Source: a bacterium
GTDB taxonomy: Bacteria > Hinthialibacterota > Hinthialibacteria > Hinthialibacterales > Hinthialibacteraceae
Reading direction: 5' to 3'
NCBI GenBank assembly: GCA_041946805.1
Contig: JBHGBC010000023.1
Coordinates: 1-64,000 of the forward strand
Length of the DNA stretch: 64,000 nt
Translations under genes and position numbers: made by a program
Part shown: positions 1 to 10,700 of the stretch, one piece after another
Position numbering within the stretch: position 1 is the first letter of the stretch
Layout: every line of letters starts with the position of its first letter
Notes under the pieces: model-generated
Seen by the model: the letters and a program-made list of their open reading frames with translations, nothing else
Told to the model about the DNA's origin: nothing
The model's database searches: none

Positions 1-21
1 TCGGCGCCGAGGAAAGGCTTT

Positions 22-54
22 CCCTCACCCTGGCCCTCTCCCAGAGGGAGAGGG
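22..54 (+). repeat. REP-like palindrome family A (CCCTCACCCnnnCCCTCTCCCnnnGGGAGAGGG)
   Basis: ccctcaccctggccctctcccagagggagaggg; hairpin CCCTCTCCC/GGGAGAGGG; about 15 recognisable copies in the window. Confidence 0.9.
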
Positions 55-191
55 GATTTTGGGATGCTCTCTCCAACCCGTCGAATCGATGACCGGTCGC
101 GCTCCCGGAAATGATGTACGCACTTATCGGATGAACCAAATATCCTGTCATCCTTGAAGACAAGTTCTGAGTGAAGCCTCCCGGTGAATCC

Positions 192-1430
192 TCACCGGAC
201 AAACGCCTCGAAATTGTCATAGAAAAGCCGCGACACATCGCGCCGGATTTCGTCTTCCGTCACTTTCCATCCGGTTTGGAGCAGATCCGCGTACTTGCCG
301 ATCAAGACCTTGGCGATGATCCGGCGGGAGTGCGGCCATTTGTACAGCATCTGATCGAGCACCCGGGCGTCGGAATGCTGCGGCACGAAGCTCCAGCCCA
401 GCATCTCGATCCGCTCCCGGGTGATTTCCTCGATGAGGCTAGGGTTGTTCATGAACCACCAGCAGCCGAAGGGCAGCAGATTGGCGAACTTGCGGGCGAT
501 CACGCACAACTCGTGCTGATTTTCGCGGCTGAGCAGAGTAACCAGAAAGCGGTTGTCCGGATGCTGCAGGCACAATTGAATGACGCTGCTCAGATCGGCG
601 CGGCCCACGCCGTCGCCCGCCAGCCGCAACGCGGGATTGATTTGCCGCCGGACGCCGATCATCAAGGCGAAAGGCAGGCTCCGGTCCCGCGCGAACGGCA
701 GGACGCAGGCATCGAGCACGCGCGTGCGCGGGGTTTCGTCCGGATACTGAAAATCGGGCGTCAGGGACACGGCCATGTAGCGGGGTTTCATGACATCCGC
801 CCAATGCTCCAAAAAGCGGCGGATCTCGCCCTGGCTCTTATCGTTCAGGTCGTGGCTGACCTCATACCCCATCTCCCGCAGGAGCGAGGAAGCGGTCTCC
901 CAATTCATGAGCAGGGGATCCACACGCAGGGCGGCCTGGAAACGGGGATGGCTGAAACCGCCCTGCTCCCAGATCCGGCGTTCAGCGGGATCGAAGGGAT
1001 CGTTGGTCATGACCGCGTATTTCACATTGGCTTTGACGAAAACCGCTTCGACGTAATCCTCGGCTTTTTGCGCGCGGTAGTAGGCGCGGAGGATTTCCAG
1101 ATTGCGTTCGTTGGGATCCAGCCCGGCCGCCTGGAGGCAGGTGGCCACGCCCCGGCAGGCTTCGGAAATGGGCGCCCGGCGGATGAACAGGTGCTCCCAT
1201 ACGTATTCGGCCTGCTTTTTCTTCGGCCAGGCCCAGATTGTTTCCGGGGGCAGGGGCGCCGCACGCAAGACCTCTGCCACCAGATAATGGTACGTCAATA
1301 GCTCATCGATCCCCCACAGCAGCAGCGGTCCGAAAGCGGGGGGGTAAATATGAGTGTGCATATCGACCACCGGCGTGGAGTGCACCAGGTTTTCGACGGC
1401 CGAATTCAGGTTTTGCGGAGTAACGATCAT
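192..1430 (-). CDS. uxaC: Uronate (glucuronate) isomerase, amidohydrolase superfamily
   Basis: DMHTH metal motif, LLTYHYL, GCWWF, PQHSDARVLDQ; ATG at 1430 with upstream AAGAGG. Confidence 0.85.
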   Translation of the reverse strand: MIVTPQNLNSAVENLVHSTPVVDMHTHIYPPAFGPLLLWGIDELLTYHYLVAEVLRAAPLPPETIWAWPKKKQAEYVWEHLFIRRAPISEACRGVATCLQAAGLDPNERNLEILRAYYRAQKAEDYVEAVFVKANVKYAVMTNDPFDPAERRIWEQGGFSHPRFQAALRVDPLLMNWETASSLLREMGYEVSHDLNDKSQGEIRRFLEHWADVMKPRYMAVSLTPDFQYPDETPRTRVLDACVLPFARDRSLPFALMIGVRRQINPALRLAGDGVGRADLSSVIQLCLQHPDNRFLVTLLSRENQHELCVIARKFANLLPFGCWWFMNNPSLIEEITRERIEMLGWSFVPQHSDARVLDQMLYKWPHSRRIIAKVLIGKYADLLQTGWKVTEDEIRRDVSRLFYDNFEAFVR

Positions 1431-1978
1431 GGCCAGCCTCTTCTCGTGGAATGCCTCTCGAAACGTAACTGGTTCATGATATGCCATTTTCGGCATGGAT
1501 AACACCCGGCGGGGGTAGTCCGGCCTGTTGGATCGTCGAGCCAACCGATTCATTTATTCCAGGATACGGCTATTCTAAGGATACGGCGAGCAGTCAAAAA
1601 AAACGGAGTCACAGCTGGGCACTTGACTCCGCGTCAACAATTGGGGGGGAGATAGTGGAAGGAATAAACGGTTTCGCAACCGCTTATTGGCTCATGTATG
1701 GTTTATCCTTTTTTTTGTTTTTCGGGTTTTCCAAGAGAATCAACACGGCATCGCATACTTCATCCATAATAGTTAGACAAAACGGAGGATTCTTTATTCA
1801 ATAAAATTGAATGGCTCTCTCATTTTCCGGCGAGACACCTTTCTCCGGGACCCCTGTCTATTAGTACGATCCAGACAGGGGTTATGTTTCAAAAAAAATA
1901 AATTTATTTTAGATAGTGAAGGGAATGCAAAAGACCGGGAGTCGCGTTTTCTTCCATAAGATATTTATTTTCTGATGG

Positions 1979-3310
1979 TTACCGCGCAATCCGGTTGGCC
2001 CACCGAAACCGCGCGGACACGGCGTAATCCCGCAGCAGAGGATCAATCCACCGCCAGGCGCCTGGCATTTTCTGAATCCGGCCCAGCAAGGCCAGATTCT
2101 CCCGGGTAACCAAATCGGGACTCCAGGGCGCAAAATAACAGGAAGGATCGTGGCCCGTTCTATCCAGAACACGCTCGGACAGCGATTCGTTCCAGGATTC
2201 CGGCGCGCTTCGTAATGTATCCAAAATCCCAGCCAGACGCTGAGTGTCCCCGGTCTCTGCGTCAAGGGATGGCGGCAACCAGAGGTCTTCAATCGGGAAT
2301 ATCCACCGAGGTTGGACCAAGGCGGCCAGAGCGAAAATCAAAACCAGCGCCGCCAATAACGCCCGCGCGCCCTGGACCACGCTCCGTGGGCACGGCCCAT
2401 GGGGGCGGCCCAAGGGACAGCGTTGGAAAACCAGAGAGGCGAATACCGCCAACATCAGGCATTCCCAAGCAAAGGGCAAAAATCCCAGAAAACCGGTCAA
2501 GGGCATCTCAAAGTACCGGATTGCGGGAAAAACCGGTACCGTATAGAACCATTTTGCCCCGGCCCAGTAGTTCCAAAATTCCCACAGCAAACCGCAAACC
2601 GCCCCGGAGCCGAGAATCAGCCACACCAGCCGCCGCGCCCCCGCCGCCCACAACCGCAAAAGCGAGTACCCGCCGGACGCATACGCCAGAGGCTCCAGCA
2701 GAAAGATGTATCCAACCCAAACAAAACCAAAGAGATAATGACGGATTTCTCGAACCGGTATGAACAAGGGAACCGTAACGCATACGAATCCCGCGATGAA
2801 CCAACTCATGAGGGTGGACGCCCCAGGCTGCTTCGAGAAATCCAAGGAATCGCGGGAGGGCCAATACGTCAGGAAGAATTCATACGTTGAAAGGACGGCG
2901 GGAATGATCGTCGCGAAGGCGATCAAATAACCCCCATAGCGATGGATGATATTTTCCGGCAATCCAACATAAACCCAGTTTTCGATATAACAGTTATAGA
3001 ACTCGAACACGAGCCACCAGAGCGCGGAACCCACCGCCATAAAACCAAACATACGCGGCTTATCCGCCAGAAAAGACACTCCCCGCCGCTTCTTGATCAG
3101 CCCGTCGAGCAGGAGGATGTATCCCCACCAGACAATTGGGGTAAAGTGCGTGTAAACCGGCTCGGCCTGAAAATACAGCAGCACTTCGGACACCAGGATG
3201 AGCGCCGAGCCCAGCCAGGTCCATCCGGGAATCCGGGCCGGGGGCCGGTCCCATTCGAGGAGATCATCAGGGGAATACGTCCCTGGGGGAAGTGGGGGTG
3301 AAAACCACAT
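1979..3310 (-). CDS. Polytopic membrane protein of unknown function
   Basis: Many hydrophobic helices; duplicated W-x(0-3)-E-F-[YW]-N...W-x-Y motif; starts 3 nt after the ABC ATPase stop. Confidence 0.75.
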   Translation of the reverse strand: MWFSPPLPPGTYSPDDLLEWDRPPARIPGWTWLGSALILVSEVLLYFQAEPVYTHFTPIVWWGYILLLDGLIKKRRGVSFLADKPRMFGFMAVGSALWWLVFEFYNCYIENWVYVGLPENIIHRYGGYLIAFATIIPAVLSTYEFFLTYWPSRDSLDFSKQPGASTLMSWFIAGFVCVTVPLFIPVREIRHYLFGFVWVGYIFLLEPLAYASGGYSLLRLWAAGARRLVWLILGSGAVCGLLWEFWNYWAGAKWFYTVPVFPAIRYFEMPLTGFLGFLPFAWECLMLAVFASLVFQRCPLGRPHGPCPRSVVQGARALLAALVLIFALAALVQPRWIFPIEDLWLPPSLDAETGDTQRLAGILDTLRSAPESWNESLSERVLDRTGHDPSCYFAPWSPDLVTRENLALLGRIQKMPGAWRWIDPLLRDYAVSARFRWANRIAR

Positions 3311-3312
3311 GG

Positions 3313-4830
3313 TCAGGCCACCTGTACGCGCTCACGTAACGAGGGGGACAACGTCGCCAGGTGCATAATTTTCTCCTGGGTGGCCTCGTTCCGGTGCAGT
3401 TCACCAGCGAGACGCCCGCCGCTCATTACCAAAATGCGGTTGGCCATGCCCAATACCTCGGGCAGTTCGGAGGAGATCATGAGGATGGCCGCGCCCCGGC
3501 GCAGTAGTTCATTCATCAGGAGATAGATCTCCCGCTTGGCCCCCACGTCGATCCCGCGCGTGGGTTCGTCGAAAATGAAGAGTTTCGAATTGGCCAGCAG
3601 CCACTTGGCCAGGACGACCTTCTGCTGGTTACCGCCGGACAAGTTGCGGACTTCGGTTTCGATGCTGGGGGCCTTGATGGTAAGATCCTTCATGGCCTCC
3701 TGGGCGGACTGGCGTTCGCGCGGCCCGTTGATGAAGAGCAACCGGCAAAACTCCCTCAGCTTGGGCAGAGTGATATTCTCGCGGATGCGCATCCCCAAAA
3801 TCAGCCCCTGGCCCTTGCGGTCCTCGGTCAGCAGGCAGATGCCCGAATCGATGGCTTGCCGGGGAGAGGTCAACACGAGTTCCCGCCCTTCCAGCCACAT
3901 CCTTCCCTTTTCCGGCGGATCCGCCCCGAAGAGCATGCGGGCTACTTCGGTGCGGCCGGCTCCCACCAGGCCGGTGAGCGCCACGATTTCGCCCTTGCGC
4001 AGCGAAAACGAAACATCCTGGACAAATCCCCGCTCCAAGCCTTCAACGCGCAAGACTTCATCCCCGGCGGGGAACTCGGGCCGGGGAAACTCGTCGGTGA
4101 TTTTGCGGCCGACCATCATTTCGATAATGCCTTCACGCTTGATGTCCTGGATATCCCGCGTCCCGATCCATTCCCCGTCCCGCAGCACGGTCAGCCGGTC
4201 GCAGATTTCAAAGATCTCCTCCAGCCGGTGGGAGATGTAAATAACGCTGATTCCCTTCTCCCTCAACGCGCGGATCAACGTGAAGAGGTTCTTCAGTTCA
4301 TGCAGAGTGAGGGTGGCGGATGGCTCGTCCATGGCAATGATCTTGGCGTCGATGGACAGCGCCTTGGCGATCTCGACCATCTGCTGTTGCGCGATGGACA
4401 GTTGACTCACGGGGATTTCCAGGTCGAACGAGATGCCCAGGCTGTCGAGGATGCGCCGGGCCTCGCGGCGTTCCCGCGCGAAATCGACGAAGCCCAAGCG
4501 GGCAGGTTCGCGCCCCAGAAAGATATTCTCCGCCGCTCCCAATTGGGGCACCAGGTTGAATTCCTGGTAAATGATGGAAATGCCCAGGGCTTGCGCCTGG
4601 TGGGGCGAGCCGATCACCACCTTCTGGCCCCCGATGCGAATCTCGCCGGCGTCCAGTGTCTCGGCCCCGGCCAGGATCTTCATCAGAGTGGATTTTCCCG
4701 CCCCGTTCTCGCCGACCAGCGCGTGGACCTCGCCTTCGCGGATTTCCAGGTTTACGCCCTTGAGGGCCTGGACTCCCGGGTAACTTTTGGTGATCCCCAG
4801 CATCTGCAGAAACGGAACCGGTTCTGGCAT
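3313..4830 (-). CDS. Sugar ABC transporter ATP-binding protein (RbsA/MglA type, two NBDs)
   Basis: GENGAGKST Walker A, MDEPSATL, LSGGNQQK, DEPTRGIDVGAK. Confidence 0.95.
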   Translation of the reverse strand: MPEPVPFLQMLGITKSYPGVQALKGVNLEIREGEVHALVGENGAGKSTLMKILAGAETLDAGEIRIGGQKVVIGSPHQAQALGISIIYQEFNLVPQLGAAENIFLGREPARLGFVDFARERREARRILDSLGISFDLEIPVSQLSIAQQQMVEIAKALSIDAKIIAMDEPSATLTLHELKNLFTLIRALREKGISVIYISHRLEEIFEICDRLTVLRDGEWIGTRDIQDIKREGIIEMMVGRKITDEFPRPEFPAGDEVLRVEGLERGFVQDVSFSLRKGEIVALTGLVGAGRTEVARMLFGADPPEKGRMWLEGRELVLTSPRQAIDSGICLLTEDRKGQGLILGMRIRENITLPKLREFCRLLFINGPRERQSAQEAMKDLTIKAPSIETEVRNLSGGNQQKVVLAKWLLANSKLFIFDEPTRGIDVGAKREIYLLMNELLRRGAAILMISSELPEVLGMANRILVMSGGRLAGELHRNEATQEKIMHLATLSPSLRERVQVA

Positions 4831-5070
4831 GTAAACTTCCTTCCCGTGTCAAGCCTTGATTCTCCCATGAATCGTAGCAAAAGCGGGTGGTTCTGTCGAT
4901 TGGATGGAGTTCGGATCATCTGTATTCATAATAATGAACAACAAATCACATTCCCTCTCCCTTTATGGGAGAAAACTAGAGTGATGACCAAAGCCCAGGC
5001 GGGGCGCTTCCTAATTGAGCCAGGAGTAAAATCCCTGGCAGGATTGTTGTGCGGGCGTCATATCTGCGTT

Positions 5071-5091
5071 TTGTGGTGCAGGCATCTTGCC
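5071..5091 (+). repeat. REP-like family C (TTGTGGTGCAGGCATCTTGCC)
   Basis: Identical 21-mer on the minus strand at 21659-21679. Confidence 0.75.
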
Positions 5092-5226
5092 CGCCAACGC
5101 CTCACCGGTCCGCCGAAGTGCGTACTTTTTTTCAGATCGCGTGTTCGCATCTCTTCGAAATGATCGATGAAAACCACTCCCATAATTCCCTCTCCCCCTT
5201 TAGAGAGTCAGGGTGATGGATTTTTT

Positions 5227-5252
5227 GTAGGGGCGGATCTTGGTGTCCGTCC
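5227..5252 (+). repeat. GTAG-type REP-like palindrome (family D)
   Basis: gtaggggcggatcttggtgtccgtcc; related minus-strand copies at 33211-33236 and, partially, 61080-61099. Confidence 0.65.
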
Positions 5253-5323
5253 TCATCCAGGAGTGAATGAAATCGATTTTACCTTATTATGCGCGCACTT
5301 CTCGGATGAACATTTTTTCTCTT

Positions 5324-5358
5324 CCCTTACCCTATAAGGGAGAGGGCCGGGGTGAGGG
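5324..5358 (-). repeat. REP-like family A copy
   Basis: ...gggagagggccggggtgaggg; degenerate copies nearby at ~4953-4985 and ~5188-5218. Confidence 0.8.
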
Positions 5359-5529
5359 AAAGCGTTGGCGTAAACCCGCACCACGTCCACTAAAATTGCA
5401 TCGCCTCTCTTTCGGTTTTGTGGTAGTATGGTTGACGATGATCATGTTTTTGAGACAATCCAAATGACTGACAGAAGGATGCGGATCGTCTCCGTGGGTT
5501 GTATCAATCTGAATTGAATGGGAGAAAAC

Positions 5530-6168
5530 ATGAACAAGGCGTTTACTCTGATCGAGTTGCTGATCGTGGTCGCGATCATCGGCATCCTGGCCGCCATCGC
5601 GGTCCCCAATTTCCTGAACGCCCAGGTCCGCGCCCGCGTGGCCCGCGCCGAGGCGGACATCCGCACCATGGAAAACGCCGTCATGATGTACATGATCGAC
5701 AACAACGCACGGCGGCCGATCGACTGCGACGATCCCGGTTCCGCGGCCTATTTGGGCGGCCTGGGCTGCGGCAAACCCGGCAACGGCGCGCCCGACGACG
5801 TCAAGGGTGTGGCGGAATTCAGTTTTGCCCCCATTTTCATGAGTTACAGCCAACTGAGGATCTTCACCACCCCGGTCCCCTATATCAGCAGCACCGCGAT
5901 GGTGGACACCTTCTGCTCCAATTGCGCGCTGACCTACAACACCCGCTACTCCGGTTCCGCCAAACAACCGGAAAGTTACACCTTTTCCAGCCTCGGCCCC
6001 GACCACAAGACGGGAGACTGGGGATTCTTCTTCAAACCCGGCGGCAATCCGGACGGCGTGCAGTATAATCCCTCCAACGGACTCACGGCGCGGGGCGATA
6101 TTTTCGTTTCCAACGTCTTTTCGGATATCGACAGCAACCGGACCAAAACCGGCCGCCTCAGCTACTGA
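5530..6168 (+). CDS. Prepilin-type N-terminal cleavage/methylation protein (GspG/type IV pilin-like) #1
   Basis: MNKA|FTLIELLIVVAIIGILAAIAVPNFLNAQ; SLGPD and SNGL..GD blocks; GGAGA RBS. Confidence 0.9.
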   Translation: MNKAFTLIELLIVVAIIGILAAIAVPNFLNAQVRARVARAEADIRTMENAVMMYMIDNNARRPIDCDDPGSAAYLGGLGCGKPGNGAPDDVKGVAEFSFAPIFMSYSQLRIFTTPVPYISSTAMVDTFCSNCALTYNTRYSGSAKQPESYTFSSLGPDHKTGDWGFFFKPGGNPDGVQYNPSNGLTARGDIFVSNVFSDIDSNRTKTGRLSY

Positions 6169-6640
6169 TCAACCCGGCGGATGGATTCGGGCATAAAATA
6201 TGGAACGTCATCCGATCATCCGAAAACGAGGCATTGCAAATATCGGGTGGATCGCGCATCGCGAAACCTGCCCCATCCCAAACCTCTCTTGTCTCCTCTC
6301 TCCCCTCGTTGAAATCGCGTGGCTGGATTAACGCGCCAGCGCGTAGCCCGTCCTATCCTGGTTATCCTGTTCATCCTGATTCTGACTATTTATCCCAACA
6401 CCTTCCACTTCTGATTCCCTCTCTTCTCCGGCGGCCAAACCGGTATCCGGAATTGACAAGTCCCATCTTTCGAGCGGAAAATCGAATGATTATTCTTGAA
6501 AAGCTTTGGATTCGATCATCCACGGCATGGCGAATTTCACCCATCCGGAAAGGGAGGGAGTGATCCAGCCGGCCGAGCCAGCCTTGTTGTCCCAGAGGAA
6601 ATTCAGCCACACCACTTTCATCGGCATGGGGAGAACCACC

Positions 6641-7498
6641 ATGAAAAAAATTATCGTTTGGGCGCTGGGTTTTGGTCTGGTTGGGGGCGTTGCGTCCGCG
6701 GCGGCCCAGGACCGCGATGAAGCGCAGCGGAAATCCATCAGCGTGCCGTACGCGCGCGTGACACCGGTCATCGACGGCGTGCTGGCGGCGGGCGAGTGGG
6801 ACGACGCCGCCACCGACCGCGTCTCGCTCGACCAGAAGGCTTTTTATGGGGATGGCAGCAACTCGTGGGATGGCCCGGAAGACGGCAGTTTTCAATTCTG
6901 GGTCAAGTATGACGACAAGTTCGTTTATTTCGGCGTGTCGGTCCAGGATGATATCTACATCAGCCAGAACTACGGGGAACAGCAACGCTGGGGGATCGAT
7001 CCCGTGTGGGAAAATGACGCCGTGGAATATTTCTTTGACGGCGACCTGTCCCGTTCCGAAACCCGCAACGACTCGGAGCTGGGCGGGCAGTTCATTCTGG
7101 GCCTGGGCACCGAACCGGCCAACACGGCGCGTGTTTCCATCCCCGCGGACATCCTCATGGAAGGCGACTACGCGTGGAAAACCATCGTGAATGAATCCAC
7201 CAGCGATTGGACGCAGGAAGCCAAATTCGCCCTGGCCATCACCGGCAATCCCAACCCCCAATGGAATATCGGATTCGATATCAACGTCGATGACGTCGAC
7301 CAGCATGATCCCCAGACCCGGGAAGCGGAGTTCACCGAATACCTCGAATTGCGGGACACGCAGATCTATTGGGAAGCCTTCCCCCATCCCTACGGGGCGG
7401 TCGTCAACGCGCTCGGCACGGAGAACAAGGAACACATGTGGGGCACGATGATCATGCTTCCCAAGGGCGTGGCTGTCAGGGACTGGGAGATCTTTTGA
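6641..7498 (+). CDS. Exported CBM9-like (DOMON-type) sugar-binding protein with C-terminal AVRDWEIF
   Basis: Signal peptide MKKIIVW...ASAAA; PVIDGVL..GEW, YDDKFVYFGVSVQDD, ENDAVEYFFD, IGFDINVDD. Confidence 0.75.
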   Translation: MKKIIVWALGFGLVGGVASAAAQDRDEAQRKSISVPYARVTPVIDGVLAAGEWDDAATDRVSLDQKAFYGDGSNSWDGPEDGSFQFWVKYDDKFVYFGVSVQDDIYISQNYGEQQRWGIDPVWENDAVEYFFDGDLSRSETRNDSELGGQFILGLGTEPANTARVSIPADILMEGDYAWKTIVNESTSDWTQEAKFALAITGNPNPQWNIGFDINVDDVDQHDPQTREAEFTEYLELRDTQIYWEAFPHPYGAVVNALGTENKEHMWGTMIMLPKGVAVRDWEIF

Positions 7499-7638
7499 TC
7501 CGCCGCGGTATGGGCCGAAGGTCTCTGAACTCCGGCCTCCCGCCTTTTCACGGAATTGGAATTTGTCAATCGGGAAGCCGGCAATCCATTTTATAAATTT
7601 TGTTATGTATTTATCGCTTACGATTAGGAAGGTTTCCC

Positions 7639-8535
7639 ATGAAACCAAGCAATCTCATACGTATCTTTATTTTCATCGCGTTGGTATTTACCCCTCTGTG
7701 GTTTGATAAACCCGCCGCAGTCCCGGATCCATCACCGATTGCCCGCCTGACCGTTCTCGTTGACAACACCGTTGCCGAGAAAGGCGTAAAAGCCGCGTGG
7801 GGATTCGCTTGCCTTATCGAGGCAAGGGGCCATACGGTGCTGTTCGACACGGGTCCCGATCCCGTGGTACTCAAGAACAACCTGACGGCGATGAATGCCG
7901 ATCCGTCCCGTATCGAAGCGGTCGTAATCTCACACTATCATTTCGACCACACCCAGGGCGCGCCGGGACTCGGCACGCTGCCGGGAGTGGGGGCTTTCAC
8001 TCCGCGTGGTTTCGAGGATCACCCGGAGGAATCCGCGGCGTTGTTGGGCGCCGGTCTCAGGCTCGAACCGGTCGCGCAAACGAAGATCATGTTTGACGGA
8101 ATCACCATTAGCGAACCGCTGCACTTTCAGGGGACTATATCCCTAGGCAATCCAGGCCAGGGAATCACTGACGATCTTTGGGAACAATGCCTGACCGTCG
8201 ATACACCGGAGGGATTGGCCGTGATCGTAGGCTGCGCACACCCGGGTATCCTGCCCATGCTCGAACAGGTAAAGCGGCAGACCGGCCGCCCGCTGCACTT
8301 CGTGATCGGCGGATTCCACCTGCTCGGCCAATCCGATGCGGAGGCGCGCCGGATCGCCAACGAGATGCAGATGATGGGAGTAGCGTACGTAAGCGCGACA
8401 CACTGCACCGGCGATACCGCAATCCGTGTCTTTCGGGATGTCTTCGGAGACCGGTACGTGAGCGCCGGAGCCGGGGCTGAAATTGACCTGCCTTTTATTA
8501 CGGCAAGCGCTAGTTCTGCGACAGCGCAATACTAG
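7639..8535 (+). CDS. Metallo-beta-lactamase-fold hydrolase (COG1237-like) with N-terminal signal/anchor
   Basis: LFDTG, SHYHFDH, GCAHPG, GGFHL, HCTG. Confidence 0.85.
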   Translation: MKPSNLIRIFIFIALVFTPLWFDKPAAVPDPSPIARLTVLVDNTVAEKGVKAAWGFACLIEARGHTVLFDTGPDPVVLKNNLTAMNADPSRIEAVVISHYHFDHTQGAPGLGTLPGVGAFTPRGFEDHPEESAALLGAGLRLEPVAQTKIMFDGITISEPLHFQGTISLGNPGQGITDDLWEQCLTVDTPEGLAVIVGCAHPGILPMLEQVKRQTGRPLHFVIGGFHLLGQSDAEARRIANEMQMMGVAYVSATHCTGDTAIRVFRDVFGDRYVSAGAGAEIDLPFITASASSATAQY

Positions 8536-8581
8536 GACTGATATCATTCCCGTACCCGGCCGCGCATATCATGCCCCCATC

Positions 8582-8631
8582 CAATCCCGAAGGGATTGAA
8601 AATGTGAATAACCCGGGGTGATAAATCCCGG
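8582..8631 (+). repeat. Palindromic intergenic repeat family F
   Basis: caatcccgaagggattgaaaatgtgaataacccggggtga...ccgg; matches the reverse complement of 21604-21651 and resembles 21508-21552. Confidence 0.65.
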
Positions 8632-8738
8632 CGCCTTTCCCATGGACAACGATCCCGCGGGGATCGAATGACAATCAATTCAACCCGGCAGGGTTGGTTC
8701 TTTGTAACTGTTTACTTCTTTGTAGAAAATGTATGAAT

Positions 8739-8864
8739 TTCGCCCTTTCAGGGCTTCTCTCACCCTGACCCTCTCCCAAAGGAAGAGGGAAATAATTCTT
8801 TTATCATCTTTTTCCCAGGGCTTACGCCCTGGGCTATACTCAGGCCGAGCCGTTGGCGCTCAAA
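8739..8864 (+). repeat. Composite MITE-like element with nested family A REP (8757-8789)
   Basis: cgccctttcagggc-[REP A]-...cccagggc...gccgttggcgctcaaaa; reverse-complement copies at 44132-44244 and 24338-24438. Confidence 0.75.
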
Positions 8865-9061
8865 AGCAGCACTGCCAACCGGTAAACAGTTACCCCAGGA
8901 TTAAAACCCTGGGCGTCCCCTGAAGGGGACTCCGAGAATGGGTGTTAGAATATAGGATACATTTCGACCTTTCAGGGCGCCCTCCCAGAGGGAGAGAGGG
9001 GATGCAGAGCTGTGGATCAATGATAGGGTACGCGCCGCACACCAACTCATCCGACGAATTT

Positions 9062-9093
9062 CCCTCACCCGGACCCTCTCCCAGAGGGAGAGG
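9062..9093 (+). repeat. REP-like family A copy
   Basis: ccctcacccggaccctctcccagagggagagg. Confidence 0.85.
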
Positions 9094-9275
9094 AAATCGT
9101 ATAGCGATCTCCTCTTTGCTCATACTCCGAAAAAAACACTGATCAAGTTCTGTTTTCGGGTTAATATTCACGATTCCATATTCCCAGAAATCCCACACGG
9201 GATTATCATCCAAGCACCCCTTTCCGGGCTACAACGCCATGAGTTGCCGCGCATCCCTTCCAAGGAGTAGCACGC

Positions 9276-10511
9276 ATGAAATCCTCTCATTACCTCATCG
9301 TACTTGTTCCGCTTTTCGGCCTCGCGGTCTGGCCGGGCCTTCCCGCCCAGGCCGGCGAGCCCGTGACCTGGAAGCATTTGTCCACCGCGAATGGGGACCT
9401 GCCGGTTCCCAACACGGGAGATCAACAAACCTCCAGCGTGGTGTTCGATGTGGATAAGGACGGCGTGAACGATTTTATCATCACCGAACGCACGCAGGCC
9501 CCGGCGGTGGCATGGTACCGCCGGGGCGCGGGCGGCTGGACAAAATACATCGTCGAAAGCGGGCCATTGCATATCGAAGCGGGATCGGACAGCCACGATG
9601 TCGACGGCGACGGGGATCTCGACTTCGTGGCCGGCGGCGATTGGAAAGAGAACCGCGTCTGGTGGTGGGAAAATCCCTGTCCAGATTATAAGGAAGAAGT
9701 TCCCTGGAAACGCCGCGAGATCAAGAATTCCGGTCAACCCAAGCACCACGATCTGATCTTCGGCGATTTCGACGGCGACGGCCGGGACGAGTTGGTCTTT
9801 TGGAACCAGGGAGCTTGCCAATTGTTCTGGACCGATATTCCTGAAAAGCCCCGGACCACCGAACCGTGGGATTGCGTGGCGATTTATGCCTGGAGCCCGG
9901 ACAGCGAGATGCAGCAACGCGGAACCTATCCCGCCTTCAAGTCCATCAACGAACACGAAGGGTTGGCCAAGGCCGATATCGACGGCGACGGCACGCTGGA
10001 CATCATCGGCGGCGGGCGGTGGTTCAAGCACCTTGCAGGGAACACGTTCGCTGTGAACCTCGTGGACGCGGGCTATTCGTTCTCCCGCGCGGCGGCCGGC
10101 CAATTGATCGAAGGCGGCCGTCCGGAAATCGTTTTGGTCGTCGGTGACGGCATTGCACCCCTCATGCTGTACGAATGGCAAAAGGGGATCTGGAAGCCGA
10201 AAACCATCCTGCCGGAGGTAGACAACGGTCATTCGCTCGCCGTCCTCGATTTCAACGGAGATGGCCATCTCGATATTTTCAACGCCGAGATGCGGCTCGA
10301 TGGCGGCAATCCCGATGCGAAAAACCTGATCCTGCTGGGCGACGGCCGGGGGAATTTCACCACCCTGCAGGTCTCCAGTGGCATCGGCCTGCATGAATCC
10401 AAAATCGCCGACCTGGACGGCGACGGCGACTATGACATCCTCGGCAAACCCTACAACTGGCAAACTCCGCGGCTGGACATCTGGCTGAACCTGCTCCAAC
10501 CACGGCCGTAA
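9276..10511 (+). CDS. Exported FG-GAP/VCBS repeat protein (probable beta-propeller)
   Basis: Signal peptide; repeated D-x-D-G-D-G-x-x-D motifs; AAGGAG RBS. Confidence 0.85.
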   Translation: MKSSHYLIVLVPLFGLAVWPGLPAQAGEPVTWKHLSTANGDLPVPNTGDQQTSSVVFDVDKDGVNDFIITERTQAPAVAWYRRGAGGWTKYIVESGPLHIEAGSDSHDVDGDGDLDFVAGGDWKENRVWWWENPCPDYKEEVPWKRREIKNSGQPKHHDLIFGDFDGDGRDELVFWNQGACQLFWTDIPEKPRTTEPWDCVAIYAWSPDSEMQQRGTYPAFKSINEHEGLAKADIDGDGTLDIIGGGRWFKHLAGNTFAVNLVDAGYSFSRAAAGQLIEGGRPEIVLVVGDGIAPLMLYEWQKGIWKPKTILPEVDNGHSLAVLDFNGDGHLDIFNAEMRLDGGNPDAKNLILLGDGRGNFTTLQVSSGIGLHESKIADLDGDGDYDILGKPYNWQTPRLDIWLNLLQPRP

Positions 10512-10700
10512 GTTAAAACCTACGGCTACTCAAAGGAATACCCTGCGGGAATGAAATGCTCTTGCTGGATCAACACGGGTGAATAAAGATCAGCTCAGCG
10601 GGAGAGGGGTTCCAACCGGCACACCTCCGTGACAAATCCCACGCGCCGGTTTTAAAATGTGTCTAAAACGGAATCAGAAACCGGGAAAGAGGGCCGGAGC

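Noticed and set aside
6350..6390. ATCCTG-periodic stretch (also ~141-155 and ~28395-28428)
   Set aside because: Possibly another small repeat family, but too short and degenerate to define.
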